This document shows, one piece after another, positions 18,478-26,553 of a DNA stretch of 64,000 nucleotides (position 1 is the stretch's first letter; the number at the start of each line of letters is the position of its first letter). Both the position numbers and the translations under genes were made by a program. The notes below the pieces were generated by a model. It was not told the origin of the DNA. It did not search any database and saw nothing but the letters and a program-made list of their open reading frames with translations. Source of the stretch: an uncultured Eubacteriales bacterium (lineage in GTDB: Bacteria; Bacillota; Clostridia; Lachnospirales; Bianqueaceae); the NCBI GenBank assembly GCA_902783575.1, contig CACZRP010000047.1, forward strand, positions 40,783 to 104,782. The letters are read 5' to 3'.

Positions 18478-19210
18478 TTCATATATCTTTGGACGAAATG
18501 CCGTTCTTGAGGCCATCGGGGCCGGCAGAAGCATAGAAAAGCTCTATGTACTGAAGGGATCCAGAACGGGATCCATGCCCGCGATATTGAATGCCGCTCA
18601 GAAAGCCGGCATACAGATTTCGGAAACCGACCGAAGCCGTCTGGATGAAATGACCTCGGAAAATCATCAGGGCGTGATCGCGGCCGTTTCGGCAGCCTCC
18701 TACGCGGAAGTTTCCGATATACTGAAAAGAGCGGAGGAAGCCGGTGAGCCTCCTTTTCTTCTGATCTGCGAAAGCATTCAGGATCCCCACAATCTCGGGG
18801 CCATGATCCGTACGGCAGAGGCCTGCGGCGTTCATGGCATTGTCATTTCGAAGCATCACGCCGTCGGTCTTTCCGATGCCGTAGCCAAGACAGCGGCGGG
18901 GGCCCTGGAGTATATGCCCGTGGCGAAGGTGTCCAGTATTCCCAAGCTCATCGATCAGCTGAAAAAAGAAGGAATCTGGACAGCCTGTGCCGATATGGAC
19001 GGCGATAATATCTACCGCACCGATCTGACGGGGCCCATGGCGCTGGTCATTGGAGGAGAGCATGAGGGCATTACCCGCCTGGTGAAGGAGAAATGTGATT
19101 TTACAGTCAGTATTCCCATGAGGGGAACGGTGAATTCCCTGAACGCTTCCGTTGCTGCCGGCGTCCTGATGTATGAGATCGCCAGACAGCGGGATCTGAA
19201 AAAGAGGTAA
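18470..19210 (+). CDS. rlmB: 23S rRNA (guanosine-2'-O-)-methyltransferase RlmB (SpoU/TrmH family)
   Basis: 246 aa; SpoU motifs DPHNLGAMIRTAEACG, ALVIGGEHEGI, SLNASVAAGVLMYE. Confidence 0.9.
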   Translation: MSDSYIFGRNAVLEAIGAGRSIEKLYVLKGSRTGSMPAILNAAQKAGIQISETDRSRLDEMTSENHQGVIAAVSAASYAEVSDILKRAEEAGEPPFLLICESIQDPHNLGAMIRTAEACGVHGIVISKHHAVGLSDAVAKTAAGALEYMPVAKVSSIPKLIDQLKKEGIWTACADMDGDNIYRTDLTGPMALVIGGEHEGITRLVKEKCDFTVSIPMRGTVNSLNASVAAGVLMYEIARQRDLKKR

Positions 19211-19211
19211 C

Positions 19212-19844
19212 ATGAAATCTGACGAGTTATTGTCGAAAATCATCCATGAGAGCAGTCCCGCTTCTCCGGAACACCGAAAGGCCCTGGAGGAGCTCATTGA
19301 CAGGTACAGGAATCTGGTGAGAAAAAGAGCCAGAGCCTATTTCCTGATTGGCGGCGATCCGGAGGATCTGATCCAGGAGGGCATGATTGGACTGTATAAG
19401 GGCATCATGGACTTCGATGAGTCCAAGGGCGCCTTTGGCAGCTTTATTTCCCTCTGTGTGGAACGGCAGATCCTGAGCGCCGTGAAGATGGCTTCCCGGG
19501 AAAAGCATCAGCCCCTGAATCAGGCGGTTTCCTATCTCCAGACCCAGACCGATGAGGATGGCAATGAAACCCAGCTTCTGGAGAGCATCGCGGATCCCTC
19601 CGTGCTGTCTCCCGAGCAGACCATTGTGGGCCAGGCTGGAGGCATGGACATCATGAATGCCCTGAAGAAAAAACTTTCCGCCATGGAATTCAAGGTGCTG
19701 GAGCTGTATCTTTCAGGCATGGGATATCAGCAGATTGCCGTGAAGCTGAATATTACCCCCAAAGCCGCCGATAACGCTCTTCAGCGGATCCGCCGCAAGA
19801 CCATCCGGCTGCTGGAGGAAATGGAGCAGGGGGAAGACCGGTGA
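19212..19844 (+). CDS. sigH: RNA polymerase sigma factor SigH
   Basis: 210 aa; region 2 DLIQEGMIGLYKGI, SigH-type FGSFISLCVERQILSAVKMASREKHQPLN, region 4 HTH YQQIAVKLNITPKAADNALQRIRRK. Confidence 0.85.
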   Translation: MKSDELLSKIIHESSPASPEHRKALEELIDRYRNLVRKRARAYFLIGGDPEDLIQEGMIGLYKGIMDFDESKGAFGSFISLCVERQILSAVKMASREKHQPLNQAVSYLQTQTDEDGNETQLLESIADPSVLSPEQTIVGQAGGMDIMNALKKKLSAMEFKVLELYLSGMGYQQIAVKLNITPKAADNALQRIRRKTIRLLEEMEQGEDR

Positions 19845-20818
19845 TTGAACTTGTAATTGCTCCGCAGGAGGCCGGACGGAAGCTGGGCAGATTGATGGAG
19901 CATCTGATGCCCGCTGTTCCGAAGAGCTTTCTTTACAAAGCCATCCGGCAGAACAAAATCAAAATTGACAGAAAAAAGCCGGCGGATCTTTCCGTCGTTC
20001 TGCAGGCTGGAAATGTGGTTCAGATCTATCTGACGGATGAACAGCTGAAGGAATTCGGATACAGAGCCGGGAATGTCCAGAAGCAGAAGGCAGAAACCGG
20101 CAGAGGAGAGAAAAAAGAGCCCCTTCGGGTGCTGTACGAGGATGATCAGCTGCTGATCGTCTTCAAACCGGCAGGCATCGCCACCCAGAAGGGAAAAAAT
20201 GATCCCTGGTCCTTCACCGATGCTGCTCTGGAGTATCTTCACGCGAAGGGCGAGGGAACGTTTGGCACCTACCGGCCTTCCTTTTGCCACCGGCTGGATA
20301 AAAACACCGCCGGCGCGCTGATTATGGCCAAAACGCTGGAGGCCCATCATCGGGTGGATGAACTGCTTTCTTCCCGTAAGATTCACAAGTATTATCTGGC
20401 AGTGACGGAATCTGAAGCTCCAGAATGGCAGGAGGAGACGACGCTGGTCAACGGATACAGGAAGGATCATGTGAAAAACATGGCAGAGATCGTTCCTTTT
20501 CAGGAACCTCTTCCTGCGGGCTATCAGCCCTGTTCTCTGAAGGTTATGGAGCTTTCTTCCAACGGGAAGCAGTCCCTGGTCAGGGTCGAACTGCTGACCG
20601 GCAAAAGCCATCAGATCCGTGCCCAGCTGGCCTTTTATTCTCATCCCCTGGTGGGGGACGGCAAATATCAGGGGGGAAAAACCTTCCGTCAGATGCTGCT
20701 GGCCTATGAGCTTTATTTTGAAAAAGCAGAGGAGCCCATTGCCTCCCTGCGGGGAAAAAGAATCCGGGCCGAAGCCCCCGATGAATTCAAGAAGCTTTTC
20801 CCCGGTTATTTTCAATAG
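19841..20818 (+). CDS. RluA family pseudouridine synthase (S4-like N-terminus)
   Basis: 325 aa, GTG start overlapping the sigH stop by 4 nt; catalytic motif HRLDKNTAGAL, LTGKSHQIRAQL. Confidence 0.88.
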   Translation: MIELVIAPQEAGRKLGRLMEHLMPAVPKSFLYKAIRQNKIKIDRKKPADLSVVLQAGNVVQIYLTDEQLKEFGYRAGNVQKQKAETGRGEKKEPLRVLYEDDQLLIVFKPAGIATQKGKNDPWSFTDAALEYLHAKGEGTFGTYRPSFCHRLDKNTAGALIMAKTLEAHHRVDELLSSRKIHKYYLAVTESEAPEWQEETTLVNGYRKDHVKNMAEIVPFQEPLPAGYQPCSLKVMELSSNGKQSLVRVELLTGKSHQIRAQLAFYSHPLVGDGKYQGGKTFRQMLLAYELYFEKAEEPIASLRGKRIRAEAPDEFKKLFPGYFQ

Positions 20819-20820
20819 AA

Positions 20821-20850
20821 AAAGGCCTTCCGTCAGGGAAGACCTTTTTA
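20821..20850. terminator. Bidirectional intrinsic terminator between the convergent rluA-like and P-loop genes
   Basis: 11-bp stem AAAGGCCTTCC / GGAAGACCTTT with one C-A mismatch and a 5-nt loop, A run before and T run after. Confidence 0.6.
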
Positions 20851-20863
20851 GTTTGCTTAGGAA

Positions 20864-21277
20864 TTACTGAATCAGGCAGCTCTGATATTTTTCGGGAATT
20901 TCGTTCTCGTCACAGCTCATGCTGATAATGAAGTGAATATTGTAACGCTCGGCAACCTCGGCTACCCGGTCCAGAAGAGCACCCATCTTGTCAGCATCGA
21001 TTTTCGCGTTCTTCAGAAGACCATCAATAAAGACGGTATTGATATCATAATCCTGAGAAAGAATGCCGCAGACAAATCCGAAGAACTCGCTGCTGGTCTT
21101 TAAGGGATATTCGGCGGTCTGTACTAAACGGATAGAATAATCCAGACGGAAGATCTGGCTCTGGTCTGCATCTACATAAACGATATGTCCATCATTGGTT
21201 TTGGCAAGAGTGTTAGCCATATCGATGAGCTGTTTGGTCTTTCCGGCGCCCTGCTTGCCGCAAACTAATTGAATCAT
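20864..21277 (-). CDS. Small stand-alone P-loop NTPase (137 aa), function unknown
   Basis: ORF track starts at 21364, but ATG at 21277 (MIQLVCGKQGAGKTKQ) follows AAGGAGG by 8 nt; Walker A GKQGAGKT, Walker B-like TVFIDGL. Confidence 0.7.
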   Translation of the reverse strand: MIQLVCGKQGAGKTKQLIDMANTLAKTNDGHIVYVDADQSQIFRLDYSIRLVQTAEYPLKTSSEFFGFVCGILSQDYDINTVFIDGLLKNAKIDADKMGALLDRVAEVAERYNIHFIISMSCDENEIPEKYQSCLIQ

Positions 21278-21335
21278 AGGTAAAACCTCCTTGATAGTTC
21301 CCTGCGTGTAATGCGGGGAAACGTCTTGTTTATTT

Positions 21336-21364
21336 ATTATAGCATTGATAGCCCTGTATTTCAA
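21336..21364 (-). promoter_or_regulatory. Candidate sigma-A promoter of the P-loop NTPase gene
   Basis: Minus strand TTGAAA (21364-21359), 17-nt spacer, TATAAT (21341-21336), about 58 nt upstream of the ATG at 21277. Confidence 0.6.
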
Positions 21365-21395
21365 ATCCTTTTACATTTTTTTATGGGCAGTGTTT

Positions 21396-21983
21396 TTAAG
21401 AGTTTTTCCGGCGGAAAAGATAATACCTGGGCCGGCGGTTCTCCGTATCATCCTCCAGTACCAGAGAAGTGGTATAGAGGAAGAGACCATCCTCCCGGAT
21501 TTTGCCGATTCTGCCGGGAATCGTATATTTATTCACCCTCCAGGCGGGATCCATCAGACAGAATTCACCATGGGCATAGGAGAGGGCGAAGACATAGTGG
21601 CCCACATCGGAGAGGGTCCCGATATGGCCTTCCCGGTCGCCGCCGATATGGACAATGGCGGCGCCTCCCTCCTGCAGGCACTGACTCAGCTCCCAGGTGT
21701 TGTTGGACATGGTCAGCTGAAGATCATACTTTTCCGCCACCACCGGGCCGAGAATCTGCATATTGGTGCCGGGTTTGAGGTTGGCTTTGTTTTCCACGGA
21801 AAGCCTGACGGCCTCTTCCAGGCTCAGGGATTTCATGGTCAGACGGTCTACCACCATCATCAGGGCGCAGAGGCCGCAGCCGGCATCCCTGATATTTCCG
21901 CTGGTGGCTCCCTTGGATTCGGGATCACTGACATTGTTGGGATAGGATACATGAGGGTAATCATTCTGGTTGATATACAGCAT
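21396..21983 (-). CDS. C39-like (papain-fold) cysteine peptidase domain protein, no signal peptide
   Basis: 195 aa; catalytic-type motifs DAGCGLCALMMV (Cys), VGHYVFALSY (His), LMDPAW (Asp). Confidence 0.6.
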   Translation of the reverse strand: MLYINQNDYPHVSYPNNVSDPESKGATSGNIRDAGCGLCALMMVVDRLTMKSLSLEEAVRLSVENKANLKPGTNMQILGPVVAEKYDLQLTMSNNTWELSQCLQEGGAAIVHIGGDREGHIGTLSDVGHYVFALSYAHGEFCLMDPAWRVNKYTIPGRIGKIREDGLFLYTTSLVLEDDTENRRPRYYLFRRKNS

Positions 21984-22066
21984 GGGAGTTCCTTCTTTCT
22001 CGATAGATAGACCGCATTATATCACAGCATCGCCGGCTGCACAAGGGCGCGGCCGCCAATTGTTCC

Positions 22067-22095
22067 TTGACGTTTACCATATATTAAGGTAAAAT
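22067..22095 (+). promoter_or_regulatory. Candidate sigma-A promoter of the rnfC-like ... rng string
   Basis: TTGACG (22067-22072), 17-nt spacer, TAAAAT (22090-22095), about 38 nt upstream of the ATG at 22134. Confidence 0.55.
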
Positions 22096-22133
22096 AATCT
22101 ATTAAAGACTACTTCAGCAATTGAGGTCAAGAA

Positions 22134-23495
22134 ATGTTTATCAAGCAGGTGCACGCTAAAATGTCTGCCTTTGATGGAGGAATTGCTTCCTTATCCGAAA
22201 AGAATATCGCGGAGGATCTTCCGATTCTGGACTTTATGGATCCGGAGCAGGATATTGTCTTTTCCATGAGTCAGTATCCGGGAGATGAGTGTCAGCCGCT
22301 GGTGGAAGCCGGCAGCTATGTCCTTCGGGATCAGCCCATCGGCAAGCCGAAACGCGGCGGTGCGTTTATCTACAGCAGCGTTTCCGGAATGGTTAAGGAA
22401 ATCCGCCCCATTCAGCTGGCAGACGGAACCAGAACTCAGGGGATTGTCGTGGAAAACGATCATCAATACACGACCATTCTGTCACCTTTTGAGCCTCAGA
22501 GTTTTGAAAACCTCAGTCTAAATGAGATCCTTGGCAGGATTCACTATGCCGGCATCGCGGGCATGGATCCTGATCATATTCCCGTTCATCAGAAGATTGA
22601 AAAAACCGATCCGGAGAAAGTTCATACCATTCTCGTCAGCGGCGTCGATCTGGATCCCATGGAATCCTCCCGTTACCGGATGGTGCTGGAGGACCCGGAA
22701 AGAGTGGTGAAGGGACTCCGAATTCTTCTGCATCTCTTCCCCCTGGCAAAGGGAAAAATCTGTATCAGCCGCGTTCAGACCAAGGCCGCGGAAGCGCTGA
22801 AGGAGCATCTGACAGATAAGGACAAGATCCGGATTTCCCTGGTCAGCGAAAAATATCCCCAGGGCGATGACCAGCTTCTGGTAAAGACCGTCGCCCACAA
22901 GGAAATTCCCGAAGGAGGCTCCGCCTCGGATCTGGGGATTCTCATCATCGGCTGTGATACAGCCATCGCCATCAGCCGGGCTGTCGAAGAGGGCCGGCCG
23001 GCAGAGCGGGTGATCATCACCCTGGCGGGAGACTGCATCAAAACTCCCAGAACCTTCCGGGTCAGAATCGGTACCAGCCTTCAGGAACTGCTGGAGCAGG
23101 CCGGAGGCATGACGAAGCGTCCCCGAAGAGTGATTTACGGCGGCCTGATGCGGGGAAAAACCGTGGACTCCCTGGACGCTCCCGTTACCAGAAGCACCAC
23201 CTCCCTGATCGTCTTTTCCACCAAGGAAAATAATAAAAGCAAGGAATATGCCTGTATCCGGTGCAACCGGTGCATTGACGTCTGCCCGCTGCAGCTGCAG
23301 CCCTATCGGCTGAAAAATGCTGCTGATTCCGGAAACACCCATCTTTTTGAGGTTTTCCACGGCAGTATCTGCACCTGGTGCGGCTGCTGCAGCTATGTCT
23401 GTCCTTCCGGCAGAGAGATTGCTGACAGCATCCGGATGTTCTCTCTGAATCCGGATCACGCGGAGAAAAAGGCAAAGGAGGAGCAGGATTCATGA
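22134..23495 (+). CDS. RnfC-like iron-sulfur protein with a degenerate nucleotide/FMN-binding loop
   Basis: 453 aa; collinear with RnfC/RsxC (N-terminal barrel, SLBB-like GTSLQELLEQAGG, CIRCNRCIDVCP and CTWCGCCSYVCP), but AGIVGLGGAGFPT reads AGIAGMDPDHIPV and the ECEPY segment reads DLDPM. Confidence 0.75.
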   Translation: MFIKQVHAKMSAFDGGIASLSEKNIAEDLPILDFMDPEQDIVFSMSQYPGDECQPLVEAGSYVLRDQPIGKPKRGGAFIYSSVSGMVKEIRPIQLADGTRTQGIVVENDHQYTTILSPFEPQSFENLSLNEILGRIHYAGIAGMDPDHIPVHQKIEKTDPEKVHTILVSGVDLDPMESSRYRMVLEDPERVVKGLRILLHLFPLAKGKICISRVQTKAAEALKEHLTDKDKIRISLVSEKYPQGDDQLLVKTVAHKEIPEGGSASDLGILIIGCDTAIAISRAVEEGRPAERVIITLAGDCIKTPRTFRVRIGTSLQELLEQAGGMTKRPRRVIYGGLMRGKTVDSLDAPVTRSTTSLIVFSTKENNKSKEYACIRCNRCIDVCPLQLQPYRLKNAADSGNTHLFEVFHGSICTWCGCCSYVCPSGREIADSIRMFSLNPDHAEKKAKEEQDS

Positions 23496-24457
23496 GTGTC
23501 GGTGTTGTTTATCAGTCCAGGGCTCCTCACAAAAGATCCACCATTACCTCGTCCTACCAGATGAGGGAAGTGATTTTCGCGCTGGTTCCCGTTATCATTT
23601 TCTCGACTCTGTATTTCGGATACCGGGTTCTGCTTGTCCTGCTGCTTTCTGTTTCCAGCGCGCTGGTGTCGGAACTTCTGATAGAAATTCTTCTGCGCCG
23701 CCGCATCACCCTGGGCGATTTCAGCGCAGCTATCACGGGCATTATTTTTGCCCTCAGCCTACCGGTGAACGTAGCGTGGTGGATTCCCGTGGCCGGTTCC
23801 GCCGCCGCCATTCTGGTCTTTAAGGGGCTCTTTGGCGGTATCGGAAAAAACATTCTGAATCCCGCCATTGCCGCCCGAGTAGTGACAGCCCTGGTTTTTT
23901 CAGAGCAGATGAGCAGTCTTCAGATTGACGGTATTTCTGTGGCAACTCCTCTGGTATCCATGTACAGCGATACGCTGCTGTTTCCCAGCAAGCTTTCCTG
24001 TTTTCTGGGAGTGGTTCCCGGCTGCATAGGCGAAACATCCACCCTTTTGATTCTTCTGGGAGGCATCTATCTCATCAGCCGCAGGCTCATCGACTTCAGG
24101 ATTCCCTTTGCCATGATTACCACTGTTTTTATCCTCAGCTATGTGCTGGGAAGAGACGGTCTTGATCAGATTCTGACCGGCAGCCTCATGCTGACTGCTT
24201 TCTTTGTGGCCACCGATTATGTGACTTCCCCCATGAATTCCACCGCCAAGTGGATTGTTGGCGTGGCCGGAGGACTGATCGTCGTGCTGATCCGGTTCTA
24301 TACGCCCTTCAATGAGGGCACCAGCGCCGCGGTTCTTGTGATGAATCTTCTGACGCTGCCGCTGGACCGCTTCCTGGTTCCCGCTCCCTACGGCACCAGA
24401 AAGAAGCAGAAAAATACGGAAGAAAAAGACGATTTTGAAGAAGTAGGAGAAGAGTAA
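23492..24457 (+). CDS. RnfD/NqrB-like polytopic membrane protein
   Basis: 321 aa; LFGGIGKNILNPAIAARV, DGISVATPL (flavinylation-type D-x-x-S-x-A-T), GCIGETSTLLILLGGIYL, FFVATDYVTSP; 4-nt overlap with the rnfC-like gene. Confidence 0.8.
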   Translation: MSVGVVYQSRAPHKRSTITSSYQMREVIFALVPVIIFSTLYFGYRVLLVLLLSVSSALVSELLIEILLRRRITLGDFSAAITGIIFALSLPVNVAWWIPVAGSAAAILVFKGLFGGIGKNILNPAIAARVVTALVFSEQMSSLQIDGISVATPLVSMYSDTLLFPSKLSCFLGVVPGCIGETSTLLILLGGIYLISRRLIDFRIPFAMITTVFILSYVLGRDGLDQILTGSLMLTAFFVATDYVTSPMNSTAKWIVGVAGGLIVVLIRFYTPFNEGTSAAVLVMNLLTLPLDRFLVPAPYGTRKKQKNTEEKDDFEEVGEE

Positions 24458-24460
24458 AAT

Positions 24461-24715
24461 ATGGCTGTTCGAGGGAAAAATACCTGGACCCTGATTTTGT
24501 TTATACTGGCCGGAATTGTGCTGGGAGGATTTCTCGGTGAACTGCTGGGAGGCCTGGAGGGCTTTTCATGGCTCGCCTATGGCAAAACCTTCGGCATTGA
24601 GACCATCACCCTGAATCTCAGTATTATCCAGCTTACCTTCGGATGTCAGATTTCCATTAATCTGGCGTCCATTATCGGCATTGTCATTGCCATTTTTATT
24701 CACAGAAAGATGTAA
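24461..24715 (+). CDS. Small two-TM membrane protein (DUF4321-like)
   Basis: 84 aa; two hydrophobic helices (TWTLILFILAGIVLGGFLG and LASIIGIVIAIFI); starts 3 nt after the rnfD-like stop; family assignment from memory, not searched. Confidence 0.55.
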   Translation: MAVRGKNTWTLILFILAGIVLGGFLGELLGGLEGFSWLAYGKTFGIETITLNLSIIQLTFGCQISINLASIIGIVIAIFIHRKM

Positions 24716-24806
24716 TGGGATTTTTCCCATTTCATATATCAGCCCATGTCCTGACCGCCTTCTGAAATGATAATGAAGCCATCATTTATCTTTTAGGAGG
24801 TTAACC

Positions 24807-25538
24807 ATGAACAAAGAGAAAAAGAAATTAACAACCAGAGAGCTTCCCGTCTCCGAAAGGCCCTACGAAATCATGGAGGAGAAGGGAGCGGGCGCTTTGA
24901 CGGATGCCCAGCTGCTGGCGGTCATTATCCGCACTGGCACCACCAGGGAATCGTCGGTTACCCTGTGTACCCGGATGCTGGCTGAGCTGGATCATTTCGG
25001 GCAGGATCCGCTGATTGCCTTATCGCAGATGTCTCTGACGGCCATGAAAAGCATTGACGGCATCGGCCGGGTCAAAGCCCTGCAGATCAGCGCCGCCCTG
25101 GAGATTGCCAGACGAATCAGCAGCCGGTCCATTGCCAGGGGCAGAATCAAAGTATCTACACGGCAGCTGGCGGATCTGTTTATGGACCGCATGCGCTTTT
25201 CCGACCGTGAAAGCGCCTGGGTTGCCTATATCAATGCCAGAAATGAACTGCTGGATGAGCAGTTTCTCGGATACGGTACCGTGGCGAATGTGCTTGTGGA
25301 TTTCCGTCAGATATTTAAAAAGGGGTTCGACTGCGGTGCTTCGCGTTTTGTGCTGCTGCATTCTCATCCCAGCGGAGATCCGACTCCCAGCATTCAGGAC
25401 CAGTATCTGACGGAGGAGCTGATGAGGGCCGGGGAGCTGCTGCAGATGCCCATGGCCGATCATATCGTGATCGGAGACAGAACCTATTATTCTTTTAAAG
25501 AGCAAGGAGAATTTGATGAAACGGGGATTAGCCATTGA
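24807..25538 (+). CDS. radC: RadC-like JAB domain protein
   Basis: 243 aa; HhH-like N-terminal half (LTDAQLLAVIIRTG) and JAMM motif LLHSHPSGDPTPS. Confidence 0.9.
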   Translation: MNKEKKKLTTRELPVSERPYEIMEEKGAGALTDAQLLAVIIRTGTTRESSVTLCTRMLAELDHFGQDPLIALSQMSLTAMKSIDGIGRVKALQISAALEIARRISSRSIARGRIKVSTRQLADLFMDRMRFSDRESAWVAYINARNELLDEQFLGYGTVANVLVDFRQIFKKGFDCGASRFVLLHSHPSGDPTPSIQDQYLTEELMRAGELLQMPMADHIVIGDRTYYSFKEQGEFDETGISH

Positions 25539-26547
25539 CCTTGGAACGGCGAACACACTGGTATATTACAAAGGCACCGGTATTGTGATCGACGAGCCTT
25601 CCGTGGTCGCAGTAAATAAAGAGACACATAATGTGGTGGCCGTCGGTGAGGAAGCCAAGCAGATGATCGGAAGAACGCCTGATAACATCGAAGCTGTCCG
25701 GCCCCTGAAGGACGGAGTTATTTCCGATTATCACGCCACCCGGGCCATGCTGGAGTATTTTATCCATAAGGTAATCAAGCAGCCCTTTATCTTCAAACCG
25801 GACCTGGCGATCTGTGTCCCCTATGGCGTTACCGAGGTGGAGAAGCGGGCCCTTTGCGACATCGCGCTGAAAGCCGGAGCCAATGAGAAAGGCACCTACC
25901 TGATCGAAGAACCCATGGCGGCGGCCATCGGCGCCGGCCTTCCCGTGGAACAGCCTGTGGGCAGCATGATCGTGGATATCGGCGGCGGCACCACGGAGGT
26001 GGCTGTCATCTCCCTGGGAGGCATCGTCAAGAGCAGCTCCCTGAGAATTGCCGGAGATACCATTGATCAGGCCATTGAAAACTATATCCAGAAGGCCAGC
26101 AGTATGATCATCGGTGAAAGAACCGCGGAGCAGGTGAAGATTTCCATCGGTTCCGCCTATGTGGATGATCATACGGTGGAAGAGAAGATGACCATCAAGG
26201 GCAGAGATGCCCTGACCGGCATGCCCAAAACCATGGATGTGACCAATTTCCAGGTGGCGGAAGCCATCTACGGACCTGTCAGCGAAATGATCGAGGCCAT
26301 CGTCCAGACGCTGGAGGAGACCCCTCCGGAGCTGGCTGCGGATATCTATCAGACCGGCATTGTGCTGACCGGCGGCGGAAGCATGCTGAAGGGCCTTCCT
26401 CTGCTCATAGAAAAAGCCACCGGACTGAAGGTGAGGATCGCCGAGGATCCGCTGGAATGCATTGTCACCGGTACCGGAATGGTTCTGGAGAATCCTTCCC
26501 AATACAAACATATTCTTATGCCCGCTGCCCGCAGACATATGGAGTAA
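25516..26547 (+). CDS. mreB: Rod shape-determining protein MreB
   Basis: ORF opens at TTG 25513; ATG at 25516 lies 5 nt after AAGGAGA; LAIDLGTANTLVY, VDIGGGTTEVAVISLGG, GIVLTGGGSML. Confidence 0.95.
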   Translation: MKRGLAIDLGTANTLVYYKGTGIVIDEPSVVAVNKETHNVVAVGEEAKQMIGRTPDNIEAVRPLKDGVISDYHATRAMLEYFIHKVIKQPFIFKPDLAICVPYGVTEVEKRALCDIALKAGANEKGTYLIEEPMAAAIGAGLPVEQPVGSMIVDIGGGTTEVAVISLGGIVKSSSLRIAGDTIDQAIENYIQKASSMIIGERTAEQVKISIGSAYVDDHTVEEKMTIKGRDALTGMPKTMDVTNFQVAEAIYGPVSEMIEAIVQTLEETPPELAADIYQTGIVLTGGGSMLKGLPLLIEKATGLKVRIAEDPLECIVTGTGMVLENPSQYKHILMPAARRHME

Positions 26548-26553
26548 CATTCG

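Noticed and set aside
24716-24806. Two small hairpins (AATGGGA/TCCCATT at the DUF4321-like stop; AAATGAT/ATCATTT before the radC RBS) as a riboswitch or attenuator.
   Set aside because: The stems are only 7 bp and AT-rich, with weak U tracts and no recognisable riboswitch core, so the evidence is insufficient.
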